43,060 bases of DNA, taken from assembly GCA_051439425.1 (NCBI GenBank), contig JBFRWD010000117.1:1-43060 (forward strand), given 5' to 3'. A program made the translations under genes and the position numbers. The notes beneath the pieces were generated by a model. The model made no database searches. It had not been told where the DNA came from and worked only from the letters and a program-made list of their open reading frames with translations. This document shows, piece after piece, positions 1 to 12,177 of the stretch. The DNA comes from Synechococcus sp. (GTDB lineage: Bacteria > Cyanobacteriota > Cyanobacteriia > Thermostichales > PCC-7336). Every line of letters begins with the position of its first letter. The stretch's first letter is position 1.

Positions 1-942
1 GCATTCGACTCTGTTGAAGATATTGTGCGGGGGTTGGATGCAGGGGCTGACGATTTCCTGACTAAGCCCCCGGAGATTTCCGAACTCAAGGCCAGGATTC
101 GGACGGGAGTCCGCTCCTACGAACTCAAACGGGAGCTGCAGCGTAAGACACAAGAGTTAGAGGCGGGATTGCGAGCCACGGCAAATTACATCAGATCGGT
201 ATTGCCGCCCCCTCATACCAGTCATATCCTCTCGTTCAGCAGCGAATGGCAACCTTGCCCTCAGTTGGGAGGAACTGGAATTGTCGGCCATTGGTTAAAC
301 GAAGATGCACTGATCTTTGGTGTACTGGAGACGGCGCATAGTGGAATTGAGGCTGCTCTTCAGGTTGCCCAGCTCATGTCTGCCATACAATGCACCCGGA
401 TGTCAGATCTAGCTCTTTCTCCGCCGGATCGTGTTTTAGTAACGCTACAGCAACAGATAGCAGAGCAATTTCAAGATTCTAGCCGGGCATTGAATATTTG
501 GTACGGCATTTTTTCTCCTGGTGACCAACAGCTTACGTATGTTTGCGCAGGCCACATCAAGGCCGTGATTGTTGATAGTCACGGTCAAGTTACGCATCTG
601 GCTAGCCAGGAAGCTCGACTGGGAATGATGCCAGCAGTTCCCAACCAATCTTTGGACCGCTTGACTGTGTCTACATCGAGCGAGCTAGCAACGTACACCG
701 TTACCAAACAACCTCTCAATTCTGGCAACACACTGTATCTCATTGGCAGCAGCTTAAGTCAGCGCGCATCTGCCGAAAGCAATCAAGACATTCAGTGGCT
801 GCTGGATGCCGAGACTGAAGCCGAAGCCGGCATCATATCAGAGGATGGCATCCTAACAGCTGCTGCGGACAATCTGCGGGGACAACTGGGCGTTGACACG
901 TTTGATGGCGATCTGTCACTGGTGCGCTTGCGCGTCCACTAA
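1..942 (+). CDS. Response regulator (REC) + coiled coil + degenerate SpoIIE/PP2C-like domain; 5'-truncated by the window edge
   Basis: Frame is open from base 1 (AFDSVEDIVRGLDAGADDFLTKP is a REC C-terminus). SpoIIE-like segments follow: WQPCPQLGG, IWYGIF, LTYVCAGH, DGDLSLVRL. Confidence 0.85.
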   Translation, partial: AFDSVEDIVRGLDAGADDFLTKPPEISELKARIRTGVRSYELKRELQRKTQELEAGLRATANYIRSVLPPPHTSHILSFSSEWQPCPQLGGTGIVGHWLNEDALIFGVLETAHSGIEAALQVAQLMSAIQCTRMSDLALSPPDRVLVTLQQQIAEQFQDSSRALNIWYGIFSPGDQQLTYVCAGHIKAVIVDSHGQVTHLASQEARLGMMPAVPNQSLDRLTVSTSSELATYTVTKQPLNSGNTLYLIGSSLSQRASAESNQDIQWLLDAETEAEAGIISEDGILTAAADNLRGQLGVDTFDGDLSLVRLRVH

Positions 943-1077
943 TGGCTGCAGATTTTTCACACTCATTCAGGGGGCCGGCTACAGGACTACCAACCTTCTC
1001 CTCTTGATGCCTTTATGGCCAGACTGTTCCAACCGCGCTAAAACCATACCCAGTAAGCCCTTACGGAAGTGGATGGG

Positions 1078-3042
1078 ATGCGAGAGTCAAGAGAGATAGA
1101 CGTCTTGCCAAGTCTCTGGCTGCGGATAGTTGCTCTGAGCTGTACTGCGCTAGCCGCCCTAGTGCTGGCGTTCCCCCTTGCCGTAAACTCGCATCCCCTG
1201 ACAGCACCTGTAGATCCTTCATCAGACGCATCTACCCTCGAGCTTGTCAATCCAGTTCTTTCCTCTCCTGCCTCTACACCTGCCAATCTTGCAAGGGAGC
1301 ACAACGAGCCAACCGTCGTCGCCAACAGCGAAAGTTCTTTCGATCCAATTGTTTATCCACCCAAAGAGCGCGTCACTCTGTCCCCCTCAATCTTTGTCAT
1401 CGGTACTGCTCCCCCAACGACTCGCGTCACCCTTAACGGTCAGGATATTCACCGTAGCCCTGCCGGTCACTTTGCCCCCAGCGTCCCCCTCGCCATTGGC
1501 AATAACACCCTGACCCTCTCCCTCCAGTCCCCAGATGGTCAAGTCCAGCAGTTTGTTCGTCAGGTCATCCGTCGCAATCCCGTCCGCCAGCCCCCAACCA
1601 CGGCAGGAATTTTGGATGACACCATCCGACCCAACTCGGAGCTATGGAAGCGGCCGGGAGATGTTGTCTGTTTCGAAGCGATCGCCACTCCCAATGCACA
1701 ACTTTCGCTGCAACTGTGGGATAGCCGCATTCAACTGGTGGAGCAATCATCCGCAACCTCTCTTCCTGCCGCCAACGAAATTCTGACTCAAACGCCAGCT
1801 GCTGGAACGGTTACCCAACCCGGTCTATATCGCGCTTGCGCTCAATTGCCGGATAGTACGGCGGGGCAGGAAACCACTCCCGAGCTCACTCTCAACGTCG
1901 GTGGTCAAGTGGTGACAAAAACCACTGCGCCTCTCAAAGTGCTCGGCCCCAATCGAGTATTAGTCGCTCGGACCAACACCGATGACGCGATCGCCCGCAA
2001 CGGCCCTAGCACCAATTTCATCCGCTATTCCCCCTGGCCACAGGGGACTAAGTCTCGGATTATTGGCCGCGAAAACGATTGGTTACAGACTGCATCCGAG
2101 CGATGGATTGCCAGCGAAGACGTGGATATCGAGGTGGTTGACGAACCTCCAAGCAGCGCAATTGGAAGTACACAGCTGGTTCGAGTGGGGGAATGGACGG
2201 AATTAAGACTGCCGATGACACTAAGACTGCCGTATAACGTTGTGGAAGAGCCGGGTCAAATCATTCTTGATATTGATGGTGCCGTTCTACAAACCGACTT
2301 CTTCAAGCTGACTCCCGATAACCCCCTAGTGCAAGATGTCAGTTGGTCGCAGGTCAGCCCCGATCGCGTGCGCTACATTCTGCATTTGACTCAAGATTAT
2401 GCGTGGGGCTACGACATTGATTACGAGGGCACCACTCTACTGCTAAGAGTACGCCACAGCCCGGAGGTGGATGCCAATGCTCCGTTGAGAGGATTAACAG
2501 TGGCGATCGATCCCGGTCACGGTGGCAGCATTGATTTGGGCACGAGCGGTCCGACAGGGATGCCTGAAAAAGATTTAGTCTTGCCTGTCAGCCAATACCT
2601 CAAGGACTTGCTCGAACAGCAAGGGGCAACCGTATTAATGACTCGCACGGAAGATGTTTTTGTTCCGCTGGTCGATCGTGCCGATCTGCAAGTGGAGCAA
2701 GAGCCCCATCTGTTTGTCAGCTTGCACTATAACGCTCTACCCGACAGCGGTAATGCCGAGGCAACCAGAGGGATTGGCAGCTTTTGGTACTTCCCCCACA
2801 GTCGCGCATTAGCGGAAACTCTCCACCTCGATCTCGTTAATCAACTGGGTCAACCAGACTACGGTCATTTCTTCTCCAGTCTGGCAGTGATTCGGGCAAC
2901 CACATGCCCCTCTGTGCTGTTAGAGCTGGGTTTCGCTATTAACCCCGAGGAGTTTGAGCTGATTTCTTCCCCCCTTCATCAGCAGCGAACTGCCGCAGCA
3001 ATCGCGCAGTCTTTACAACGATATGTCGCTAATTCTACTTGA
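1078..3042 (+). CDS. N-acetylmuramoyl-L-alanine amidase (Amidase_3, AmiC-like) with N-terminal signal/TM segment and SH3/AMIN-like domains
   Basis: Zn-amidase motifs VAIDPGHGG, PEKD, SLHYNA and SVLLELGF, plus a hydrophobic N-terminus. ATG at 1078 (the ORF track starts at GTG 1069). Confidence 0.92.
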   Translation: MRESREIDVLPSLWLRIVALSCTALAALVLAFPLAVNSHPLTAPVDPSSDASTLELVNPVLSSPASTPANLAREHNEPTVVANSESSFDPIVYPPKERVTLSPSIFVIGTAPPTTRVTLNGQDIHRSPAGHFAPSVPLAIGNNTLTLSLQSPDGQVQQFVRQVIRRNPVRQPPTTAGILDDTIRPNSELWKRPGDVVCFEAIATPNAQLSLQLWDSRIQLVEQSSATSLPAANEILTQTPAAGTVTQPGLYRACAQLPDSTAGQETTPELTLNVGGQVVTKTTAPLKVLGPNRVLVARTNTDDAIARNGPSTNFIRYSPWPQGTKSRIIGRENDWLQTASERWIASEDVDIEVVDEPPSSAIGSTQLVRVGEWTELRLPMTLRLPYNVVEEPGQIILDIDGAVLQTDFFKLTPDNPLVQDVSWSQVSPDRVRYILHLTQDYAWGYDIDYEGTTLLLRVRHSPEVDANAPLRGLTVAIDPGHGGSIDLGTSGPTGMPEKDLVLPVSQYLKDLLEQQGATVLMTRTEDVFVPLVDRADLQVEQEPHLFVSLHYNALPDSGNAEATRGIGSFWYFPHSRALAETLHLDLVNQLGQPDYGHFFSSLAVIRATTCPSVLLELGFAINPEEFELISSPLHQQRTAAAIAQSLQRYVANST

Positions 3043-3625
3043 GACACTTGCAAACATAGGCCGGTTTTAAGTGGCAGTAACGTAGAAGCCGACATCAATT
3101 GATTCAAATAAATCTAACTCGTTCCAGTTTTTTGTTTGTCTTTTTACATACCGGATTGGATAGTAAAGGTGCTGCTAATGCAGCTTCAATGACTCAAATC
3201 GCTTCACTTAATAGTTAGCGTGAGGTCACATGTGTTTATGGCATCTTACGCTCGGCATCTTGATTAGAGAGTGCTTTCGTTCGTACCTAATCGGCTCCAG
3301 TCTGGACGACGTCAAGAGGTATGGGCGGCACTAATTTCATCGCTGCAGAGCAACGCATCTTGCTCGTACCTATAAGGTCTGTTTTTGCCCTAAGAATCAA
3401 CCTGACCCCGTCTAAATGATTTGACTGGTATAGTTTGTGCGTGTTTTTGGATTGACATGGTTCAAGAAAAGAATACCCGTGATTTTGCGGATTTTTTAGC
3501 ACGTCTGCAATAGATGACTGTGCTTTTGCGCAACCGGTTTTTCTGTAGCTACCGCTGTAACTTTTATTGAGATTGGGGAAATCTAGATATAGAGGCTAAT
3601 TCGACCAACCTAATGTCAAAACATG

Positions 3626-3660
3626 AGCCACTGCCCGGGTTTGTGGTGGTGGCTTTTTTT
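3626..3660 (+). terminator. Rho-independent terminator-like hairpin
   Basis: agccactgcc-cgggtttgt-ggtggtggct forms a 10-bp stem with two G-U pairs and runs into a T7 tract. Confidence 0.75.
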
Positions 3661-3771
3661 TAATCAAACTCAGTTTAAATCGATCGTTGATATTGGCTCG
3701 CGGGCTCACCTGAACTAAGGGAGCCACCCATCGACCTTCAAGCTCGCTCATCTATACGAACATTGCCCATC

Positions 3772-3945
3772 ATGAATATTACGAAGCTCTCACGTACTTG
3801 GGCGATTGCTACGTCCATTTCTGCCTATGTTTTATTGGGACCAGCCCTTGCTGGTTTCATGGAGATCGTTCCTCAAGTTCTGCTGATTGCATCTTTCCCT
3901 ATTGCAATTGCCTACTTGCTGTTGAAGCTTCATCGTGCAGCGTAA
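3772..3945 (+). CDS. Small hydrophobic membrane protein (57 aa, two predicted TM segments)
   Basis: MNITKLSRTWAIATSISAYVLLGPALAG...VLLIASFPIAIAYLLLKLHRAA has two hydrophobic stretches. No family recognised. Confidence 0.55.
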   Translation: MNITKLSRTWAIATSISAYVLLGPALAGFMEIVPQVLLIASFPIAIAYLLLKLHRAA

Positions 3946-4002
3946 CGTTTGGGAGATCGGGGCCGGGAGCAAGAGCTATGGGGGATTACGACAATGTGCC
4001 CC

Positions 4003-4626
4003 TCATGTTTCCATGAAAAAGGCAAATCGCCAGAGAGCTGCGACTCCAAACCCACCGATCGCAAGGCCGGATAGTCGATTGAGCCACACAAGTGTGCTGA
4101 TGTGGATATAGCGAGACAGATAATGAATTCCGCTACTCAATGTCAACCACCACAAGGCCGAGCCGACAAACACCCCCGAAACCAGAACGACAGAACTACC
4201 GAGGCTGGTTTGCTGCTGCCCCAAGCCTAATCCAGAAAAAATACCCAGAAACGAAACAATGGTTAGTGGGTTCGCCAGTGTCAGAACAAGAGCAGACAGA
4301 AAAGACGCTAAGGCCCCTCGTCGTGACTGTCCGACTTGAGTTTTCTTTGGCGGTTTCTGCAGGAACGTGGTCACTCCGAGGTAGCACAAAAAGAGCCCGC
4401 CAATCGGCAGCAGCCAGCGGCTTTGAGCGACCAAGAGATCGGCGATCGCTCCGATACCTAACCCAGCAATGCAGCCATAAATGCCATCTGCTGTAGCAGC
4501 CCCCATCCCAGAAATGAAGCCAATCCAGCGCCCTTGGATAAGGGTGCGCTGAATGCACAAAATTCCAATCACACCCACGGGAGCTGCGATCGCCAGCCCA
4601 ATCCCCAGTCCTTGTAGAAACAGCAT
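4003..4626 (-). CDS. LysE/RhtB family amino-acid exporter
   Basis: GLAIAAPVGVIGILCIQRTL, GMGAATADGIY and LTLANP motifs; ~207 aa, polytopic membrane protein. Confidence 0.93.
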   Translation of the reverse strand: MLFLQGLGIGLAIAAPVGVIGILCIQRTLIQGRWIGFISGMGAATADGIYGCIAGLGIGAIADLLVAQSRWLLPIGGLFLCYLGVTTFLQKPPKKTQVGQSRRGALASFLSALVLTLANPLTIVSFLGIFSGLGLGQQQTSLGSSVVLVSGVFVGSALWWLTLSSGIHYLSRYIHISTLVWLNRLSGLAIGGFGVAALWRFAFFMET

Positions 4627-4754
4627 TTGAACCCATCAATACGGCTCATTAAACTGTAGAAATTCTGACACCTAAATACCAGGCAAAAATCAAGGCTGTT
4701 TCTGCTCTTTGCCTTTATAATCAATTTCTTGTCGACAATTGACTTTTAATTCTT

Positions 4755-5210
4755 ATGGAATTAGATGGAACAGATTGGCAGATTTTAACTGCACTGCAGG
4801 CAGATGCAAGGCAATCGTTTACGGCTCTAGGCCAGAACGTCGGTCTGTCTGCTCCGGCCGTCACGGAGCGTATCCGCAAGCTAGAAACCGCAGGCGTCAT
4901 TCGGAAATACACCGTCCAGATCGATCTATCGGCTCTTGGTGCAACTATTCAGGCATTCGTGAAGCTCACAACGTCACCCCAGACCTATCCACACGTTCAT
5001 CGCTTGGTCAACGAAACGCCTGCCTTTCTCGAGTGCCACCACCTGACTGGCGATGCCTCCTTCGTCATTCGAGTTGTGACGTACTCGCTGCCACAGCTTG
5101 AGACATTACTACACAAGCTGAGTCGTTATGGAACCACCCAAACGGCTCTTGTCCTGTCTACGACAGTTCCAAGCAAAGCAATTACTCCGGAAATTTTGAC
5201 GTCATCCTAG
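4755..5210 (+). CDS. Lrp/AsnC family transcriptional regulator
   Basis: LDGTDWQILTALQADAR...LSAPAVTERIRKLE HTH and ECHHLTGD RAM domain; divergent from the lysE-type gene. Confidence 0.95.
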   Translation: MELDGTDWQILTALQADARQSFTALGQNVGLSAPAVTERIRKLETAGVIRKYTVQIDLSALGATIQAFVKLTTSPQTYPHVHRLVNETPAFLECHHLTGDASFVIRVVTYSLPQLETLLHKLSRYGTTQTALVLSTTVPSKAITPEILTSS

Positions 5211-6559
5211 CGAATGAGTGATCGCCACTCATCCGGCATTGCCGTTACTGCGCGCAATACAGAGGCCGTATCGAAATCCCCCGGACCGACACTGGTATCC
5301 GAGACATTGCTGGACGGTACGCCAATCAATTCTCCTTTTGCATTCAAGGCCGCTCCGCCTGAATTGCCTGCATTCACTGTCGCGTCCGTGATGAAATCGT
5401 GTCTGCGACCGTTACGGGGCAAAATGGCTCCGATTACCCCTTCGGTCAGTGTCAGGTACGATGCACCTCCCGCTTGAATAGACGTCGTACCGGGGAAGCC
5501 TAAAACCACAACGCGATCGCCCAGCCCAACATCATTGGCATCTCCCAGCGGTACTGTGTCAAACTTCATGTTGTTGGGAATCGGATTGCCTAACAGATCG
5601 CTGGTGATTTTTACCAGCGCTAAATCTTCTGCCTCAGCAGATCGCTCGATGGTTCCGCGAAATAGTGGCGTAACCGCGCGATCGGGTTCTGTGGCTACAC
5701 CAATATAAATGGGCTCTTTCGTTAGGGTTGTGCCGTCACTTTCCGTTATTACGTGATAGTTGGTCAGCAGCATCCCATCATCTGTCAGTAAGGTGCCGGA
5801 GCCCGACCCTTGCCCAACATACAACTGCACAACACTGCGATAGCTCGTCCCTTCGGCACTGACCTGAGCGCGACTACTGGAGAGATCTGCGATGGTCTGG
5901 GGGATATCCAGTGGAGCCAAGCTGCTGTCAGATGGTGTTGGGAATATACTTTCTGCAATTTCGGCTTGGCCGGTAATCCCAATGTCGTAGCTGCCTTGCT
6001 GCAGCACTCCATAGGTGGATACCAAAATAGTGTAGGTACCTGCTTCTAGCGATTCATCGAGGCGGGAGTTGAAGTTGAAATCCGAGCGATCGTCGTTTTC
6101 GGCAATCAGGTTGCCTTCCGCATCCAAGAGACGGAGGTAGGCGTCAAACTCATCAGACTTGAGTTCTACCGTTACCCGCCCCTGTTGGTTCAACGATATT
6201 TCGTAGCTACTGGCCAAACTGCCATTGGCGATCAGGGTACTACCATCTAAACCAAGTCGTCCCGACTGAGATGAGTCCGGTCGAGTATCGGCATCTCCAC
6301 CGTTTTTCTGCGCTAGCAGGGTGCTGTCTTCAAGACTAGCGGGAGAAGACTCGGAGACGGCTCGCTCTCGAACGAGCTTAGGAATTCCAATCGCTGCTTT
6401 AGCCACCTGTAGAGGTGTTGTGGTGGTGAGAGTGGTGCTAGCGAACTTGTCGGTATGGTGGCTAGCTGTGTGGGTAGGAGTAACCCAAATACCTGTTGCG
6501 ATCGCCGAGATCGCTACTCCTGCTGCTGTCCACTGCAAATGTGTCCGCTGCAAATTCAC
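5207..6559 (-). CDS. Secreted trypsin-like (S1C/HtrA-like, no PDZ) serine protease with a PPC domain
   Basis: Catalytic triad motifs LTNYHV, EDLALVKI and GNSGGA; PPC motif FDAYLRLLDAEGNLIAENDD; N-terminal hydrophobic segment. Stop overlaps the lrp stop by 4 bp. Confidence 0.9.
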   Translation of the reverse strand: MNLQRTHLQWTAAGVAISAIATGIWVTPTHTASHHTDKFASTTLTTTTPLQVAKAAIGIPKLVRERAVSESSPASLEDSTLLAQKNGGDADTRPDSSQSGRLGLDGSTLIANGSLASSYEISLNQQGRVTVELKSDEFDAYLRLLDAEGNLIAENDDRSDFNFNSRLDESLEAGTYTILVSTYGVLQQGSYDIGITGQAEIAESIFPTPSDSSLAPLDIPQTIADLSSSRAQVSAEGTSYRSVVQLYVGQGSGSGTLLTDDGMLLTNYHVITESDGTTLTKEPIYIGVATEPDRAVTPLFRGTIERSAEAEDLALVKITSDLLGNPIPNNMKFDTVPLGDANDVGLGDRVVVLGFPGTTSIQAGGASYLTLTEGVIGAILPRNGRRHDFITDATVNAGNSGGAALNAKGELIGVPSSNVSDTSVGPGDFDTASVLRAVTAMPDEWRSLIR

Positions 6560-6658
6560 GCTCGCTCCGCCAATCTCAATAACGACTACATTACCGCCAG
6601 AATGCTAGATCTGCTTGGCCGGTGCTGGAGTCTTGCAGGGGTTTGCCCGAAACAGCAA

Positions 6659-8737
<2,079 letters not shown>

Positions 8738-8888
8738 TTAGCTGGGGCGGTGACTCAACTGGTTGAATGACAGACGGACTTTACAAGCAGCCAGATTTAA
8801 AGATGCTCGGCCCCAGGCAATACTGTACGGCTAGCATTACGCACAGCGGAAAACACTAGTTGTCAACGCAATTTTGTGTAGCAGAATC

Positions 8889-9644
8889 TTATTCCAGCGG
8901 TTCCAGCCGGTAGCGGCTCAGCCAGTTGTCTAGGGCTTTTTCTTCTTCGTCCAACAGCGCTAAATTAATCAAGCCTCGCTTGAACGCTAATCGAATGGCT
9001 CGCGATCGCAAACTAAATGTCGTTCCCCACTCATCGCTTTCAATCTGGTCGTTATTCACTTCCAGCTTGTCGTACAAATTCCGCAGGCGGTTGGTCACAC
9101 CACGACGGGAGAGGAAGCGGCGAGAGGCGATCGCTTGGTCGGTTAACCCCAATGCAATGTCGATCAAAACCTCGTACTCGGCATCGCTGAGACCGGTAAT
9201 TTTGTTTTGAGAGCGAGAATCAACGCCGCGTACTTCGCGATCGATCACGCACTGCTCATCTTGGACCACTGCCTGAATAGCACTGATTAACTTCTCGTCA
9301 GTACTGTTTTTGAGCAAATATCCATAAACGGTCTGTGGCGGAACGATCTTATGCAGTTCCCGCACGTAGACTTCGTCAGCAAAGTTTGACCAAAACAAAA
9401 TTCGTGTGTCTGGTTGCTGCTCCCAAACCTGACGCGCCACCTCAATTCCAGTCATTTCCGGCATCTGAATATCGAGTAGCAGGAAGGATGGAGAGTGTAA
9501 TCCAGCTAACTCAAGAGCCTCTTTCCCATTAGAGGCAACGTGAAAGGGACCGTAGCTCGAAAGTCTTGCTTCTAGTAGTTCGCGAACATGCTGACGATAC
9601 AAGCTATCATCTTCGGCAATTAGAGTGCTCACTAGCCCGACCAT
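8889..9644 (-). CDS. NarL/LuxR-type response regulator (REC + HTH)
   Basis: IAEDD...LLDIQMPEMTGIE...YLLK receiver; LSDAEYEVLIDIALGLTDQAIA HTH. No kinase nearby. Confidence 0.92.
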   Translation of the reverse strand: MVGLVSTLIAEDDSLYRQHVRELLEARLSSYGPFHVASNGKEALELAGLHSPSFLLLDIQMPEMTGIEVARQVWEQQPDTRILFWSNFADEVYVRELHKIVPPQTVYGYLLKNSTDEKLISAIQAVVQDEQCVIDREVRGVDSRSQNKITGLSDAEYEVLIDIALGLTDQAIASRRFLSRRGVTNRLRNLYDKLEVNNDQIESDEWGTTFSLRSRAIRLAFKRGLINLALLDEEEKALDNWLSRYRLEPLE

Positions 9645-9934
9645 CCTGCGAAAATGTCGTTCCTCAATCTATCGAAGGTATCACCTTGTCGCAAGGAAAA
9701 TGCGCAACCTCTGTCAATAACAGCAGGTACTGCAAAACAGTCGATGCTAGTCAATAATCTTTCAGGCTTGCAATGGGAAGTGTCATCGAACTATCAATGC
9801 ATTTCAAAAAGCCTGAGAGAGGAATATATGTCCTCCTTACCCTGACAAGCTTATGCTGACAGAGCACTAGCTACTTCGCGCGAAGGAAAACATGAGCTTT
9901 CTGGAAACTTATCCGCCAATAGGGAAGGCGATCG

Positions 9935-10369
9935 CTACTTCTTTCGTTTCCCCATGACTGATTGCGCCCATCCACCTATCGTTTTGGCAAAATTGAGAGC
10001 CTGCTTGGGCATGGGGGGCTTGGCTACAGTAATCGGCTCATCCGCGTAGAGTTCATCCTTCAGGCGATATCCGTATTCCAGCGAGTTTCTAAACTTAGCC
10101 AGACGCGGAAAAATTCTCAATGCGCCTTGTAGCAATTCAGCTTCATTCTGATAGATAGCTGCATCAATTGCTGAAGAGCGCTTGACGGCAACTGACCCCA
10201 CTGGAAACCAATTTTTGGGTTTGTTGCGATCTCGAATGTAGATATTGAATTCGGGCAACCCTTCATCGCGCATATTTTCATACTTGACTGCTGCTGCCTT
10301 GCGCTTTTTGGTCCCTTTCGAGACAGTTTTCTTGGGCTTGGGAGGGCCAAATCCTTGAGCAGAAGCCAT
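9935..10369 (-). CDS. HHL1-like conserved cyanobacterial protein
   Basis: Basic GFG-K-rich N-terminus, then GLPEFNIYIR...WFPVGSVAV...IYQNEAELLQGA...LEYGYRLK, recalled as the HHL1-like family. Confidence 0.75.
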   Translation of the reverse strand: MASAQGFGPPKPKKTVSKGTKKRKAAAVKYENMRDEGLPEFNIYIRDRNKPKNWFPVGSVAVKRSSAIDAAIYQNEAELLQGALRIFPRLAKFRNSLEYGYRLKDELYADEPITVAKPPMPKQALNFAKTIGGWAQSVMGKRKK

Positions 10370-10911
10370 AATCTACCTGAGAATTCTTTACATAAAGTTA
10401 CGATAGGCGATCGTCTAGCAAAAATACAACCCAAGCTACTCTTGGGCCGGTTGTCGCGACTGCTCTCCTGCACTTGCAGAAGCCGACACGATGCATCAGT
10501 CAATATGACTCAGCCGGTCCGGCTTACGTTAGGGATTATCGTCTCGTAACCAATACGCTGCTGTAGGTCTTGGAGCTGTCGTGCCCTTCTGAGAATTTGA
10601 TGGAGCACTAGGGCGCAATTACGATAACGCCGCAGGTCAAGAGTGATATAATATACCAAGAATATTTTTCTTATGCTAAAAGTTACATCAATCTGTGTGT
10701 CATTATCACCTGTTCGATTTACACTAATTTTGTCAATCAATAGCTTCTTGTTAAGACGACAAATTTGGGTTTCTCGCAGTAGCGAGTCCTGTTCCCCTTC
10801 CGATAACCTCATCGCTTCATCGCCCTCTGCTACTTAATATGTAGAACTAAGGACTGAAGCACGATACCAACTCTGACCCTCAGTAGTCGGCAATAATAAC
10901 CGGTGTCACGC

Positions 10912-11949
10912 ATGACGCATCCAGCTCCAGATTCGCATAACGATCCCTCTCATTCAGGCCGCAACCCATTGGTGTCGGTGATTATCCCGGCATATAACGT
11001 AGAGACTTACGTAAAGTACGCGATCGTCTCCGCGCTGGCCCAAACGGTCTCGAATATTGAAGTGATTGTTGTCGATGATTGTTCTCAAGACAGCACATTG
11101 CAGGTTGTTCGTGCCTGTGCTGCCGCAGATGATAGGGTAAAGGCGATCGCAAGCCCGGAAAATCGTGGTGCTGCTGTGGCCCGTAATCTTGCTCTGGATG
11201 CGGCTACTGGTGATTGGGTTGCTATTTTGGATGCAGATGACTGGTTCTCACCTACACGGTTAGAAGTGTTGCTATCGAAGGCAGAGGAGTACTCTGCAGA
11301 CATGGTTGCGGACGATCTGTCCTACGTTCGAAATATGGAATCAGAACCATGGACGAGTTTTGTCCAGCAAAATGGAGATCTCTACACAAGCCCCATTGAG
11401 ATTGACGAGCTGTTTTATGTCAGGGAAGATAGCCGACTCTGGATCAAGCAGGGAGTCAGTCCGGGATTTCTCAAGCCGATCATTCGCCGTTCGCTGCTTG
11501 AGGATAACAGCGTTCGTTACAAAGACTACATTCGTTTAGGTCAAGATTTCTTCTTTTTCCTAGAATGTTTGCTTGCCGGTGCCCGATATTTTTTCTATCC
11601 CGAGGCTCATTACTTTTATCGTGCTCGCCCTGATTCTCTGGTAACTAAAAGTCAACGAGAGCGGTGGCTTCAGGCAGAGCGAGGTCTATCCGAAATTTTG
11701 CAGGATCCACGGCTGATTGAGAAAGCGGACCTGAAGGAAGCGTTGCTGGTAAAGCTCGGTGTCTGCAAGAAGAAACGTCAGTATGAATCTGTTGTAGAGC
11801 CATTGCGACAGAAGCAATATGGTAAAGCCATGGTTGAAATGGTCAAAAACCCCTATTTTTTTGTCCGAGTTACCCAACGGTTGCTGGAAAAGAAGCCTTT
11901 CAAATTGTTGCAAGAAAGTAGCAAGATAGCCGAACGACTGATTTTCTAG
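10912..11949 (+). CDS. Glycosyltransferase family 2 (ExoO/ExoU-like)
   Basis: VSVIIPAYN, VVDDCSQD, ARNLAL and ILDADD (DxD) motifs. Confidence 0.93.
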   Translation: MTHPAPDSHNDPSHSGRNPLVSVIIPAYNVETYVKYAIVSALAQTVSNIEVIVVDDCSQDSTLQVVRACAAADDRVKAIASPENRGAAVARNLALDAATGDWVAILDADDWFSPTRLEVLLSKAEEYSADMVADDLSYVRNMESEPWTSFVQQNGDLYTSPIEIDELFYVREDSRLWIKQGVSPGFLKPIIRRSLLEDNSVRYKDYIRLGQDFFFFLECLLAGARYFFYPEAHYFYRARPDSLVTKSQRERWLQAERGLSEILQDPRLIEKADLKEALLVKLGVCKKKRQYESVVEPLRQKQYGKAMVEMVKNPYFFVRVTQRLLEKKPFKLLQESSKIAERLIF

Positions 11950-12177
11950 TCGTTTCGATGTGATTGGGATGACTGGCTCATGTTTGACGCGATCGCTGTT
12001 GATGGGAGCTATGGTGCCAGCAGTCATGTGTTTCAGAGGCCCTGCTTGTCAGAAGCTTTGCACTCCTACCTCATCAGGACGTACAGGTTCATTTCTGTCA
12101 GTGGAGAGAGATTGGCAATTCCCACAACGCTATAAGCCTTATTAAAATGGCCCTAACGAACTGGCTAAATCGCCCGT

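Noticed and set aside
3682..3735. Possible glutamine (glnA) riboswitch beginning ATCGTT
   Set aside because: The downstream GGAAGTA and GAAG..AACG consensus elements are missing.
10510..10812. 100-aa minus-strand ORF between the HHL1-like and GT2 genes
   Set aside because: No recognisable motif and it lies in an AT-rich divergent promoter region; likely spurious.
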